A stretch of 64,000 bases of DNA, taken from positions 166,098 through 230,097 of the IMG/VR virus record IMGVR_UViG_3300032332_001787; one strand, given 5' to 3'. Below the pieces are notes generated by a model that worked only from the letters and a program-made list of their open reading frames with translations, was not told where the DNA came from and ran no database searches. The first letter of the stretch is position 1. Every line of letters begins with the position of its first letter. Below, in pieces: positions 49,701 to 60,404 of the stretch. Position numbers and translations under genes: made by a program. This DNA is from a virus. Taxonomy: Duplodnaviria; Caudoviricetes.

Positions 49701-52700
49701 TTGCTGTTATTTTAAATGGTTTTAATCCTTCTATTCCACAAAGAGGAAGCCCTCTGAAACTAAATTTCCATTTTTTATCTCCAGCATCCCACGTTCTTGA
49801 TACAAAACAAGAGCTTTGTTGTTCTAGTGGTAATTTTGGATCATATCCAGAACAGACAGAAGGTAGTCCAGATAATAAAATTGTAGGAGGAAAATTAGGA
49901 TTTTCTAATCCAAATAATGTATTAAAAGTTATCTCCCAAGGGGATCCTTCTACTGCATTGTAATATGGATATACTATATTAGATATTTGGATAGGTAAAG
50001 ACGTTAGAGAAACACTGTCTAATTCAATAAGATTTAGTTTGCCTATTGCTTGAATTTTATCTGTAGCTATTCCTTTGCATTGTACTGTAATAGAAGATTT
50101 TTGCGAGTTATTTAATGCACTATTAATATTATTGTATACTAGCCGAACATCCCATCTCTCTGTAATATTATCTCCTAAGTATGCAAATTCCCATGTTTTT
50201 AGATCTTTATCATATTTGTTATAGTATTTATTTAATAAAATAGTGTTTTCTTTAAGACTATCCGGAATAGAAACATTAGGAACGCTAGAGCTTGGAGCTT
50301 GTTTAATATCTATTGTTGATTGGTATGGTTGATTTTCTGTAGCAAAAATTGTTGGTTGTATATTATCTAAATATCTTGTTTCATTAAATAATATATCTAT
50401 AGTATTAGATGTTTTATTAACACCATCTTCTGCATATATTTGTATTGTTTTAATGCCCAGTGAGTCTGTATTATTTCCGAAGGTATTTTTTTTACCAATA
50501 GCTATTACATGCCATCGTTTATTATTATCGTCATATTGATAACTTATGGAATATTCTAGTGGTTGATTTTCATATGTTCCTATTGTCGGTAAATTAGTTA
50601 GTCTTACTTTGGGTTCTATATCTGATCTATGAGATAGAATACCGTCTTTTAAGTTAAATTGTATAGACCATTCTTCCTCTTTATCATACAATAATGGTTG
50701 TATAATTTCAAAAGTATTAATCTCAAAATTTTTATATAGTGTAAGATTTATTATTTTATTAAATGTATAGTTTATCCAATCGACATCTTCTGATGAATTG
50801 GCCGGTGGTTGATTTAATGATATTGAAATATTCTTATTTGGATAGTATCCTGCTGATCCTGATATTTCTATTGTTATTTTATATGTATTAGATATTGTGC
50901 TATATCTTTGGGTAACAATATATGAATAATTTTCATCATTGCTTAATGTAACAATCAAATTAGTTTGTTCAGAGTTTATGGCTGGTATATAGAAATCAAA
51001 AGACACTACCTCACTATCTGTAATATTTAAATAAATATTGTCATTTAATTTAATTGGATTTAAAATATATTCTGGCTTGGATGTATTTGCTGGAATAATA
51101 TTAATAGTTCCAGTATGAGATGCTAATATTTTTTCAGTTAAATGATCTTTAATATATAATGTTGGATGAAAAATTCCAGTATTGGAACCAGCAGGACCAG
51201 TAAAAATAATAATATTATTACTATCATATTGTTCAGTCGGGGTCGTATATTTATTTTCAGGAACATTATTCATACTAATATCAACAGGATCTGGTAAATT
51301 ATCAATATAGTATACTAAAGACCATTGTTCTGTATCTTTTTCATGAACATAGGCGGGTGATGGAGATGTGATCTTAGGCTTCTTAAAAATATCTAATAGA
51401 ATATCTTTAGCATAAGAACCAGTTTCGTCACTAGCTGTGATAGTAATAGTTCTATTTTCTAGTATGCTAACAAAACTATTTACTATAATAGTAATAGTCC
51501 ATGTTCTATTATCATAATTATATAAAATATTATCAGAATCAATAGTATAGTCAGATATTCCAAAAATATTAAGTTTAGGAGCACTCTTAGAAATACTATT
51601 AGACCACTTGCTAGCCCCATTTTTAATTTTAACTTTTAAATATATTGGTTGTGTATCTGTAGAATTTAATGAAATAATATTATCTTCTGTTACTGGTATA
51701 TAAGAATATCCAAAATCAAAAGAGTATTCTATGCTATAAATTTCAACAACATCAGGATTAAGATAAAGCAACTGAGTATTGGTTTGATTCTGAATAGTGG
51801 CATTATATCCACTATAAAAAGTATTAGAATAATTATTTAAATGTATTAAGTGTTTCCATCTCTTGGATTGATCATTATATGAATCTATAGAAAAATCAAA
51901 TAAACTATTATCTGTTCCAGAAATGGCTAAAAATCCATTTGAAGTATAAAAATTATTATTTATGTTAGGATTTCTATTAGATTTCATATTGAAATTACTA
52001 TCAATAAGCATAACCAATCCACTACGATTAGCATATTCTGAATTATATGGAATATTCAAAGTTATAGTTTGAGAATTAATTTTATCAGCAATATAATATG
52101 AGTCATTTAATTCTGGAGCATTATCAGAAAAGTCAAAATATAATTTTTTATCAGTTCCCCATGGTCTTGTATATCCAAAACCATCTGTTGTTTTTGATAA
52201 ATTACTAGTTTTTCCAATATTAATTCTATTAATAGAGTCAGTAACATTATTAAATTCTGTGTTAGAAAAACCCCTAATAGATACACACATTGTTCCAGAA
52301 GCGCACGAAGAGAAATTTGAAGATATAGTATAAACTCCAGTTAATGGAGGATTTAGATATTTACCATCAATATCAGCTGGCCAAGAAGCTGGCATGTCAC
52401 CATAAGAATGATAGTATATATTATTAAAGTATGGCATAGTGCAATATCCAGAAACTGAACCAATAAAAGAAAGAGAGCCTGAGTTTGGTAACTCTTCATT
52501 ATCTGCTAATCCTAAAGAATCTGCAAATCTAAATTCATTACCCTTATATGGATCATTAGGGTTGTTATGTCTGGGCGGTATGATTTTTGGTCCATTGGTG
52601 ATAATACCTGTGATGGAAGTATTATTAGTGCCTGTTCCTACTATCTGAGCATATTGACTAATAAGGGCTTGATTGAAATTTGTTTTACCATTGAAATTAA

Positions 52701-55700
52701 TAATTTTAATTTGATCATTTGTGTTAAGATAAGATCTTGGAGTTGATAAATTATTAACTTTAATTATACTTCCATTAAAAAATAACTTATTATTTTTAGA
52801 CTTAATAGCTCCATTTAAACATGTCTTTTCAGTTAACGTCATAACTGGTTTAATATAGAATGTAGTAGCTAAAGAATCTCCTTCAAAATTTGGGACGGTA
52901 TTATTTAATTCTAGTTTGTATTTAGCTGCATTTTCAGAATAAACAACATATGAAGAAATATTAAAAAGAGCATGTTCTGTTGATCCAGGAACTGCTTCTT
53001 TATTAGTACTAATAATAAATATATCTTTAGGCCATGCGGCTATGCTAATATTAATATTATTCTCTATAATACGATTATTATTTGTTCCATCTTCATTAAA
53101 ATTTGCAGGATCCGAATATGAATTACTAAAACTAAATAAGACATTAGAAGAATTTTGAGTTGGACTAAATTGAGTAATAAAAAGAGAGCTTCCTGGACGA
53201 CATGATACTGATCCATGAAATTTTATTATCTGAGCATCACACCCCATTAATAATAATTTTGCATTCAATTCAGTCTCAGAGTGTGGAACTTCACAAGAAA
53301 TTATATATGGATATTGTTGAGTACCATTTCCATTATATAATATATGATTTGAATATTCTATTAGTTGATATGGAGTCTTATTTAAACCACTAAAATTAAT
53401 TTCTATTCCTTCGGCAGGCCAGTTGGGTATGGTATTATTAAAAACTGACATAACAGCACTAGGATATATGTTTCCTGGTAAAATATCACAATATGATATA
53501 ATATTTTTATTTTTACCAATTAATCCATTAAAATAAAATCCATTCTGCAAATCTACAAATCTAGAACCCTCTAATAATTGTCTATTTGTACATCCTATTA
53601 AATTATTTGGTTCTAAAATATACTGCGGTGGCCAAATGGGGGATGTATCTTCTGCTAATGTTAAATCAAAAATTTTATAGCTATTATTTATAAAAGTGCC
53701 TGTAAATGCAAAACCATTAGTAGAATAAGATCCTTGGATTGGTTGTTCAAAATAATCTGGTCTATTATTTTCTTTCAATAAATAATTTTGACTATCTTTA
53801 ACAGTTATTTTATTTCCAGTAATCCTTAATATATCAAAAAGATTATTTTTAGGTATTCTATTATTATTATTATTTACAATTGATGTAAATTTAATGGGTA
53901 TTTGATTAAGTATATTACTATCAAGAATAGAACATCCATGATTTTGATCAAGATTTATTAATAAAGACCCAGTTGAATAAGGAGGTATTGTATTAAAGAA
54001 GTATCCATTATCTATCTGAAAAGATGTATCTTTTACTCCACTAATGTAATTATATGGTTGTGATTTTGGTAATATTGAATTATTTGTTGATAAAAATTGT
54101 AAATAAATGCTATTCTCATCATTTTCTAGATATAAATCATTTTCTGGATATACAGTAATTGTAGAGTATCCCACATCTGTATAAAAAGAAACTATTCCAG
54201 TAGCATAATATCCAGTAGATGATACATATTCATTAGTTTCACTCTCAAAACCTTTGGTATTAAGTAAAGTATAATTTGTTGGACACCATCCTGATGTTTC
54301 TGTAGTAGTAAAAGTTTTTAAATAGTCAATATAATATTGTCCAGAGGCTGGGGTGGGTGCGGTGTGTACGGCTTCTATGTTGTAGGACGTTCTTGTTGCT
54401 GAAGAAGACAGGACTATTGTATTACCGCTGGTATACAAAGAGCAGGCAACAGCATTTTCATATGATCCAGAAAATGGTAAATTGATTATAATATTATTAG
54501 AAGTAATAAATTGTGCTCTAATATTTTCATTATCCCAACCGGATAAAGAAGAAAAAAGTCTAGTTCCAGAATATAAAACATTTTTTACATTAGAATTTGT
54601 AATAGATATTATATTAGATCCAGAAGTTACAATAGCACCGAATGATACAGGATCAATTATTCTATCTATGGTTGCTCCATTGGGAAAACCAGTTGATATA
54701 GAAGTTAAACTAAGTCCTGGCACTAAACTTGATATACTTCCATGTATATTTGTAGTAGGAAAAGATAGATTTTTTTGGAAGCATTCAGTAAGAGCTTTGC
54801 TTCCACTAATCATAGTACTATTAAAACTATTAGAAGAACTATTAAAAATAAAATAAGGACTATATCCTCCATCAGTTGATAATTCACCCACAAAAGTATT
54901 ATATGAGATATTTTTAGGAAAATATATGTTTGATAAATTAATGTTATGAATATTAAATGAAAAATTATTATCTGCAATGTAATTTGCTATACTAGATACA
55001 TTATTTGTAATTGAAAGTTTAAATATATCAGAAACTATTAAATTTTGACCAGTTGATTTAACTAAAATATTCAGAGTTCCAGAATTTTCTGCTAATGGTA
55101 TGCCACTTAAGGTTTGTGTTCTGTTATTAAAAACTAACCAGCGAGGAAGAGGATTTCCATCAGATAAACTTATTCTAGATATTGAAGTTCTATTAGGAAA
55201 AGCATTATTAGGAATATTAAATTTAAATAATTCATTAATGCTAGCTCTTTGATCTGGAATATAATTTTTAATATGATCTCTGATCTCTGTAGGCTCTATA
55301 TATAAAGTAAAATATTTTTCATAACTTCTACCAGACATATCAGATGTTTTGATTCGAACTTTATAAGTATCTTTATGGTATGTATCACATATTCTTGGAA
55401 AAATTTTATATGTTAAAGTAGAATTTGAATCATTGATTACTGATAGCCGCTGCCCGCTGGTAGAATAGCTAAGATCAAACTTATATTTATCATTAATTTT
55501 TTCTATATTAACTGGGAAATATGTAGCATCAGGATCTATACCAATCGGTAATGTAGAAGTATCTGAATTAGCTATTTGTGATGGATAAAATACATATCCC
55601 GCACCGCTTTGTATGGGATAGTTTGTCCAAAAATAACAACCACTCTGTTGTAAATCATAGTCTAAACCATATATTTTATTTTTTATATATGGTATATGCA

Positions 55701-58700
55701 GTAAATTAATAACTTTATATAAATAATCAAAATTTTTATTACAAACTAAATTGATATCTATGCCTGTATTTTTGAATTTTAAATAATTATGTATCCCAGA
55801 TTTATAAATTTCAAAAGAATTATTGTCTTCATCTCCATATCCACAAGCAAAACTATAAGTAAATGGTACTGATGGTGTTGTTATATTTTCTAGGTTTTTA
55901 TTAAAAATTGATATTTTACTAATTCCACTAACAGAAGGATATATAGTATATATGCCATTATACTTTTTATATGCTATTGGGGATCTATCATAAGTTCCTT
56001 TTTTTGATCTTTTTGGATTAATAGTTAAGCAAGCGGCATTGCTGGTAGCGGGGCTAACTTTAATAGGGGTTCCACTAAAAACAGGAGCAACTCCTGAAAT
56101 TCTAAGTCCGACAGTTTGCCTATTACAATATCTTATTGGATATGCTCCGGATAGACTAAAAATAGGTTGTTGTCCATATCCATCTATACTCAAATATAAT
56201 ACCTGAGAACTTAACACATGATCAGTATAGTTTTCAAAAGTTATAAATCCTGGACTATTTATAGTAGTGGGACCTGGAGTATATGATAATCCAGTAAAAG
56301 CCGTATTCATAGTTGCTGTATTGCTGGTTACATTTGTTACAACTCCAGTTTGTGTTAAATTCCCGTATAACCATGGATATGGGCCAAAAGAAACTTTCAT
56401 TCCTTTTTGAATAATGCCTAGTACATTAGATGGAATATTATATACATCCGGAGAATTACTATATACATATCCTCCATTGATCGTAAACTTATTGTTATTA
56501 TTAAATCTATCAAAATCATCAGGATCAATGATAATTTGATTTCCAGTTAAATAACCTTTCCAACTATTTTCTTTGATCACAAAATGATTTTTATCTATAA
56601 TTTCAACAACTTCATAAGATTGAGAAACTGGTCTGTGATGAGAACCAGAAGTAAATACAATATTAGCTAAGCATCCGGTAGCCATTCCATGGTAGTATGA
56701 CTTAATATTTATTTTGGGTGAACCAGAATTTTGTATGGCCCATCCACTAGATATCGGTTTATTAATATCTAAAATCATTGAACCATCATTAGTTTTGAAA
56801 TATGATCCATTTGCCGTAATAAACTGAGGAATAAACTTATAAACAGACTCTGTGTTCTGCACAACCTCAGGAAATGTTTTTAATGGAGGAGTTGTTACTT
56901 CTAAATTTTGTATAATTGTATTATTATCTAGCTTATAATGATAATAGTGTCTTCTTTGTTGAGAATCATTATAAATTTCTGTTTTATTAGGATATTTTAA
57001 TATAGAACTACTATTAAGCGTAGATGATAAATTATTTGGATCTTTATAAGTAGAATTTTTAATTATCCCACTGCTAAAAATAGTCAATGCAGCATTAAGT
57101 CCAGCTGCTTTATTTATTAATACTTCTAATGAATATGCTATAGTTTTATTTTTAGGAATATTGATAACTGGACTCATGCTAACCCAAGAACCATTAGTCT
57201 CATTTCTATTTAAACCAAGAGCTATTGTAGAATATTGACCTTGTGCTATTTGATTAGTAGTCTCAAAATCGGCAAAAGCACCAAAGCTGAATTGATTAGT
57301 GCTCCACGAATATCCATAAGTACCAGCTGCTATAGAAGAGTCACTAAAGGCTTTAGATCCATAATTTAATGCAACACTATTATTAGATTGTATTAGATTA
57401 CTATTTCCAACAGCTAAAGAATCATCTCCCAAAATTTTATTATTAGATCCAATAGCGGCCGATCTATTGGCATAATTTCCACTATTATTTCCTACTGAAA
57501 AATTAAAATTATTATTTATCTTAACAAAATTAGAGGTTTGTTGTATGATTGAATCACTAACTGTGCGACTAGGATTGGTTGTTCTGTTATCAAAGATTGC
57601 TATGTATCCTGGTGTTCCTTCCAAATTATTAAATTGTACTTTTGCATAATCAAATAAACCAGTCATATTTTCAGCATTAGTATAATAATCTGCATCATGA
57701 CCATGTAATAAGTCTACATTAAGATCATATACCATACCAGTATTGCCAGCCACATAAAAGGGTGGGGTATTTTGATTGATTGATGGAATTATGCTTATTT
57801 GATTATTGACTGTTAGGGGCTGTGCAAAAGTTTTACTTCCACTAATAGTTTGTGAATTTATTCTACTAACATACAAACTATCTGCAACCGCTCTCAAAAG
57901 AACTACATTCATATCTCCTGTTAATCCACCAACTACATATACTGCGTCGGCATTTCCTCCATCCATATCATCTCTAAAAGTATTATCTCCTGGTCCTCCA
58001 TTAATTTCTCCTGTACTAGAAATGTTCGTAATTAATCTTAATTCTTTTTCTGCCGGATAAAATGCTAAAATGCCTGTTCTCTGAGTATATCCACCATAAA
58101 GAAAGCTAAATCCTCTAGGTTCGCTTGGCAAAATAGAAGATGTATTGGTTCCAAAAGTGGGTAGGTTGTCTCTTATATTTAGTATATTACTATTAAGATC
58201 AACATTTCCATTAACTGTAAGAGGACCATTAATAGTATCTCCAGTAGCACAAACAGGTCGATATCCAAGAGCATTAACTATATCAAAATAATTATTATCT
58301 TGTCCATTAACTACAATACCCTTATCGTTCACTTGAACTTTTGTGAATAATCCTGGAGTGGTTTGTACTGGTAAGCTATCTGGACTTATAATCCCAGTTT
58401 GATTTGCTAAATTTAGAAAATAATCACTATTAAGTCCGTCTAATAAGTCGGCATCAAGTCCAGAATCTGCTCCATCGTTGCCTCTGTGCCAAGGAGTATA
58501 TCCAAGAATATTAATTATATCAGAATACGTTAAATTACTCCCTGATACTACTCTGCCTTTAGTATCTGTAGTTATTTTAGTATATGTTCCAGCATTTCCT
58601 GTGGCAGATAGTGAGATATTATTATTTTCTACCAGTATATCTGATGATTCCCCAATATTTAAAACTACAGATCCACTGGGTATGCTTAAAGATCCTCCTC

Positions 58701-59379
58701 CTGTTAAGCCTGATCCTGCAATAATATCTATAGTTGTTCCGCTAAGTAACAATCTGCCCGTGGCTAATGGAAATGATGAAATTTTGAATCCATCATAATA
58801 TAGTAATCTATTACTATTAAAAGTTTGATTATTGGTACCGCCCTTACTTATTGGTACTACCCCATCAATACTTCCAAGATTTAATTCTACTTTACGAACT
58901 ATAGTATCATCAACTGCTATCTGATTAGATTCATTGACAAATAAACCTTCTCCAACATTGACCCCTAATGAAACACTATTGTCCGTTAGCTCTCTATATA
59001 ATCCTGATCCTGCAAAAACTCCTGTTATAGCTTTATTATATGTTCCACCAGATAAATCTGATAGATTAATAGATGAGCTTGATAGTTTATGTCCATCATA
59101 ATATATAATGGTTCCACTATTAAAATTTGTATTATTGGTTCCTCCACTACTAATAGGAAGAATATCAAAACTAACTCCATCTTGTCCTGGTAGTCCTCTG
59201 GGGCCTTGTGCTCCAGTATCTCCTTTGGATCCTTTTTCTATAGATACAAGACTGATCTTATTGAGTCTATTGTCAGATATGACTATATTGGTAGTAACAA
59301 CACTTTCTGGGTCTTTTTCTTGTGTTATAACCAGATATTTAAGAGGCTGTATTTCTTCATCTACTCTGACAATGCTCAT
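46783..59379 (-). CDS. Giant mosaic fibre/adhesin (4198 aa)
   Basis: Short collagen run, PISxGGT repeats, DADLLDG motif, YadA-like repeats (about 57330-57470), He_PIG/cadherin-like Ig domain (about 55050-55255: LSDGNPLPRWLVFNNRTQTLSGIP), many Asn/Ser/Thr-rich beta domains. Confidence 0.75.
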   Translation of the reverse strand: MSIVRVDEEIQPLKYLVITQEKDPESVVTTNIVISDNRLNKISLVSIEKGSKGDTGAQGPRGLPGQDGVSFDILPISSGGTNNTNFNSGTIIYYDGHKLSSSSINLSDLSGGTYNKAITGVFAGSGLYRELTDNSVSLGVNVGEGLFVNESNQIAVDDTIVRKVELNLGSIDGVVPISKGGTNNQTFNSNRLLYYDGFKISSFPLATGRLLLSGTTIDIIAGSGLTGGGSLSIPSGSVVLNIGESSDILVENNNISLSATGNAGTYTKITTDTKGRVVSGSNLTYSDIINILGYTPWHRGNDGADSGLDADLLDGLNSDYFLNLANQTGIISPDSLPVQTTPGLFTKVQVNDKGIVVNGQDNNYFDIVNALGYRPVCATGDTINGPLTVNGNVDLNSNILNIRDNLPTFGTNTSSILPSEPRGFSFLYGGYTQRTGILAFYPAEKELRLITNISSTGEINGGPGDNTFRDDMDGGNADAVYVVGGLTGDMNVVLLRAVADSLYVSRINSQTISGSKTFAQPLTVNNQISIIPSINQNTPPFYVAGNTGMVYDLNVDLLHGHDADYYTNAENMTGLFDYAKVQFNNLEGTPGYIAIFDNRTTNPSRTVSDSIIQQTSNFVKINNNFNFSVGNNSGNYANRSAAIGSNNKILGDDSLAVGNSNLIQSNNSVALNYGSKAFSDSSIAAGTYGYSWSTNQFSFGAFADFETTNQIAQGQYSTIALGLNRNETNGSWVSMSPVINIPKNKTIAYSLEVLINKAAGLNAALTIFSSGIIKNSTYKDPNNLSSTLNSSSILKYPNKTEIYNDSQQRRHYYHYKLDNNTIIQNLEVTTPPLKTFPEVVQNTESVYKFIPQFITANGSYFKTNDGSMILDINKPISSGWAIQNSGSPKINIKSYYHGMATGCLANIVFTSGSHHRPVSQSYEVVEIIDKNHFVIKENSWKGYLTGNQIIIDPDDFDRFNNNNKFTINGGYVYSNSPDVYNIPSNVLGIIQKGMKVSFGPYPWLYGNLTQTGVVTNVTSNTATMNTAFTGLSYTPGPTTINSPGFITFENYTDHVLSSQVLYLSIDGYGQQPIFSLSGAYPIRYCNRQTVGLRISGVAPVFSGTPIKVSPATSNAACLTINPKRSKKGTYDRSPIAYKKYNGIYTIYPSVSGISKISIFNKNLENITTPSVPFTYSFACGYGDEDNNSFEIYKSGIHNYLKFKNTGIDINLVCNKNFDYLYKVINLLHIPYIKNKIYGLDYDLQQSGCYFWTNYPIQSGAGYVFYPSQIANSDTSTLPIGIDPDATYFPVNIEKINDKYKFDLSYSTSGQRLSVINDSNSTLTYKIFPRICDTYHKDTYKVRIKTSDMSGRSYEKYFTLYIEPTEIRDHIKNYIPDQRASINELFKFNIPNNAFPNRTSISRISLSDGNPLPRWLVFNNRTQTLSGIPLAENSGTLNILVKSTGQNLIVSDIFKLSITNNVSSIANYIADNNFSFNIHNINLSNIYFPKNISYNTFVGELSTDGGYSPYFIFNSSSNSFNSTMISGSKALTECFQKNLSFPTTNIHGSISSLVPGLSLTSISTGFPNGATIDRIIDPVSFGAIVTSGSNIISITNSNVKNVLYSGTRLFSSLSGWDNENIRAQFITSNNIIINLPFSGSYENAVACSLYTSGNTIVLSSSATRTSYNIEAVHTAPTPASGQYYIDYLKTFTTTETSGWCPTNYTLLNTKGFESETNEYVSSTGYYATGIVSFYTDVGYSTITVYPENDLYLENDENSIYLQFLSTNNSILPKSQPYNYISGVKDTSFQIDNGYFFNTIPPYSTGSLLINLDQNHGCSILDSNILNQIPIKFTSIVNNNNNRIPKNNLFDILRITGNKITVKDSQNYLLKENNRPDYFEQPIQGSYSTNGFAFTGTFINNSYKIFDLTLAEDTSPIWPPQYILEPNNLIGCTNRQLLEGSRFVDLQNGFYFNGLIGKNKNIISYCDILPGNIYPSAVMSVFNNTIPNWPAEGIEINFSGLNKTPYQLIEYSNHILYNGNGTQQYPYIISCEVPHSETELNAKLLLMGCDAQIIKFHGSVSCRPGSSLFITQFSPTQNSSNVLFSFSNSYSDPANFNEDGTNNNRIIENNINISIAAWPKDIFIISTNKEAVPGSTEHALFNISSYVVYSENAAKYKLELNNTVPNFEGDSLATTFYIKPVMTLTEKTCLNGAIKSKNNKLFFNGSIIKVNNLSTPRSYLNTNDQIKIINFNGKTNFNQALISQYAQIVGTGTNNTSITGIITNGPKIIPPRHNNPNDPYKGNEFRFADSLGLADNEELPNSGSLSFIGSVSGYCTMPYFNNIYYHSYGDMPASWPADIDGKYLNPPLTGVYTISSNFSSCASGTMCVSIRGFSNTEFNNVTDSINRINIGKTSNLSKTTDGFGYTRPWGTDKKLYFDFSDNAPELNDSYYIADKINSQTITLNIPYNSEYANRSGLVMLIDSNFNMKSNRNPNINNNFYTSNGFLAISGTDNSLFDFSIDSYNDQSKRWKHLIHLNNYSNTFYSGYNATIQNQTNTQLLYLNPDVVEIYSIEYSFDFGYSYIPVTEDNIISLNSTDTQPIYLKVKIKNGASKWSNSISKSAPKLNIFGISDYTIDSDNILYNYDNRTWTITIIVNSFVSILENRTITITASDETGSYAKDILLDIFKKPKITSPSPAYVHEKDTEQWSLVYYIDNLPDPVDISMNNVPENKYTTPTEQYDSNNIIIFTGPAGSNTGIFHPTLYIKDHLTEKILASHTGTINIIPANTSKPEYILNPIKLNDNIYLNITDSEVVSFDFYIPAINSEQTNLIVTLSNDENYSYIVTQRYSTISNTYKITIEISGSAGYYPNKNISISLNQPPANSSEDVDWINYTFNKIINLTLYKNFEINTFEIIQPLLYDKEEEWSIQFNLKDGILSHRSDIEPKVRLTNLPTIGTYENQPLEYSISYQYDDNNKRWHVIAIGKKNTFGNNTDSLGIKTIQIYAEDGVNKTSNTIDILFNETRYLDNIQPTIFATENQPYQSTIDIKQAPSSSVPNVSIPDSLKENTILLNKYYNKYDKDLKTWEFAYLGDNITERWDVRLVYNNINSALNNSQKSSITVQCKGIATDKIQAIGKLNLIELDSVSLTSLPIQISNIVYPYYNAVEGSPWEITFNTLFGLENPNFPPTILLSGLPSVCSGYDPKLPLEQQSSCFVSRTWDAGDKKWKFSFRGLPLCGIEGLKPFKITAIDTDTIQNTYLTSDTKSASILYTSLTDNGSVHPAPDIKFIGQSEINPVLLYPQCNSPMVPISYRFGPKSRAVCPIPTGITGWVVSGVNGYSLLPPGLDYTIDFPGTSPKPPWNNLSSGILTIYGNPTTFAGGGQYPQELTLITFDARNKSTKKTIKFVDASAPNPPSPIDITVYFDKEKPSYTERRISRQGESIQPLGTKAIDSTRDSNIYTLWPPADPASLDCTSILPHNQCQTSPIQYVAGNYQSGDDKIYITFTRGELPNRKIEDKDLMYFEFDNTSYNGKYILQQSNTNGSIVFYINIPGHSLTTGTGRIVRQRESSLPSRNIQVFNGSIDINTTKSILGCGVFSSKSQSPYNSPDDIEGYGIFGRIRPSYIASLPTNGVFSAQDNPLYALSIKPLNNIYNQNSLSISTIKTSNCWETGYLRVSGIILPAPIVELTDPAPASEADFSYNGQQYFIGSRCVYGNTSEQRNILANQRAVNINYRLKNILNNYVYASNSVGAGSAISFVNNENTGIVISLFINNTPSIFPTYKPDSISYAENEYFWVHKGGTKNQTITQSSFPPVTIVKINSISCLSGIAISGYEGLAVGGYMPSQSDSGPFPYYQRANGTNWTTQDYPPSISGVIQKEIVSDSINVTYNHPGYTNQNQNISIFTENNFLVDDIIYIEFDTVIPATTIIINNNNYINGVIKIPFDRSGQPPINGTATIRYKSFITNISNNQITIKHKNIPYNIGDSVDIVSESSSTLLNTMPYTYTTNIVSGDASYLLAEFSGPPEINYSSGLNISGICSIYNNYHKEINIANTTYVRPGSWSFSLSGIPSGLYKDYLYKIMSVENTGMPIFTLPSFYPKRYSITKPLYINKPLKIILPESVIDNGIINNNGVWSLSFNIDGGNRPVYNNFPEIMINNNMCNFNRQLSPNTMLDNYDATTDTLRVTITNNSNYNWKNNYSFDLLVFDETGSDIKTINLEQA

Positions 59380-59819
59380 ATATCACAAGTTCCACAATCA
59401 TTTTGCATATTTGTATTACAGTTAAAGACATCGTCGCCAGGAACGTTTCTGGCAATCAATGAGACTGTTCCTTGTAAAATTCTAAAAATTTTCTTTCCTC
59501 CACCACTATATAGATCGTTTGGTTCTTGTAGCTCAAAGTCATATTTTGCTGAGCCAAAATTATATTGTGCAGTTTGTTCTGCTGGTATTTTTAACAAAAT
59601 TTTACCAAGTTTTGGATCAATAGTAAATTCATATTCTGTTGTCCTAGTATTGGTTACAAAAGATCTTACTGTTGGATTTGTAGGTTGGTCTTCTATCCAT
59701 CTTATTCTAGCACACCAATTTGTAATATCTATAGGAATATTAGCATCGTCTCTATACTCAAAAGCTATAATAAAAGCTGTGCCTTTTTCTAAAGTAAAAT
59801 TATAGTCTGCTGCTGGCAT
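59376..59819 (-). CDS. BppU-N-like Ig-fold fibre anchor protein (147 aa)
   Basis: NFTLEKGTAF..AFEY.D...PIDIT.W.AR.....GKILLKIPAEQTA......AKYDFEL.....RILQG pattern. Translationally coupled (ATGA) to the 4198-aa gene. Confidence 0.6.
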   Translation of the reverse strand: MPAADYNFTLEKGTAFIIAFEYRDDANIPIDITNWCARIRWIEDQPTNPTVRSFVTNTRTTEYEFTIDPKLGKILLKIPAEQTAQYNFGSAKYDFELQEPNDLYSGGGKKIFRILQGTVSLIARNVPGDDVFNCNTNMQNDCGTCDI

Positions 59820-59834
59820 CTTATTATTTCCTTA

Positions 59835-60350
59835 TTAAGAATAGAAGTATCTTGATCTATAATCGTGATTTTGTAAATATCTGGGGTTAAATTTATTACC
59901 AACAAATGGACCTAATACTGCAGCTATAGCAGTAGCGTCCTTTAGATCCCAATGGTATTTTAACTCTTCATATAGAGCGCATGGCCCTTTCTCTAATATC
60001 ATTTTAAGTCCCTCTAGACTTCCTCCAACACTTAAACTAGCGGGTCCTAAAGAGGCCCTAATACCTTCTGTAGCAGCTTTGGTCCTAAGAGTGCTTTGAT
60101 CAATAATACATGCTGTTTTTAAAGAAACTAATCCAATAAATATTTCGTCCTTATTTAGGGTAGGATCAGGAGTAATTGTTGGGCCAGTAACATCTACTGT
60201 ATATTCATAATTTAAAGCAACATCAAATTGAACATATTTTGCTGCTACTGATACAACTTGTATTATTCTTTCGTCACTATAAACTGGCTGATCTGAAAAA
60301 TCATTAATAAGAGTACGAACGATTATGGGTAGTTCTATTTGCCAAGACAT
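59835..60350 (-). CDS. Putative head-tail adaptor (gp6/gp15-like, 171 aa)
   Basis: IVRTLINDFSDQPVYSDERII...AAKYV pattern of head-tail connectors; AAGGA SD. Confidence 0.6.
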   Translation of the reverse strand: MSWQIELPIIVRTLINDFSDQPVYSDERIIQVVSVAAKYVQFDVALNYEYTVDVTGPTITPDPTLNKDEIFIGLVSLKTACIIDQSTLRTKAATEGIRASLGPASLSVGGSLEGLKMILEKGPCALYEELKYHWDLKDATAIAAVLGPFVGNKFNPRYLQNHDYRSRYFYS

Positions 60351-60392
60351 TTGAGAATATCCTTTTAGAGGTGGCCAGATATATAATCAATA

Positions 60393-60404
60393 AATTATAC
60401 ACCT
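60393..60404 (-). promoter_or_regulatory. Candidate phage late-promoter motif AGGTGTATAAT
   Basis: About 45 nt upstream of the adaptor ATG; shares AGGTGTA with 36439-36445. Confidence 0.35.

Noticed and set aside
59206-59805. 199-aa minus-strand ORF overlapping two genes
   Set aside because: It overlaps the BppU-like and giant fibre genes in another frame, and the protein has no recognisable features.
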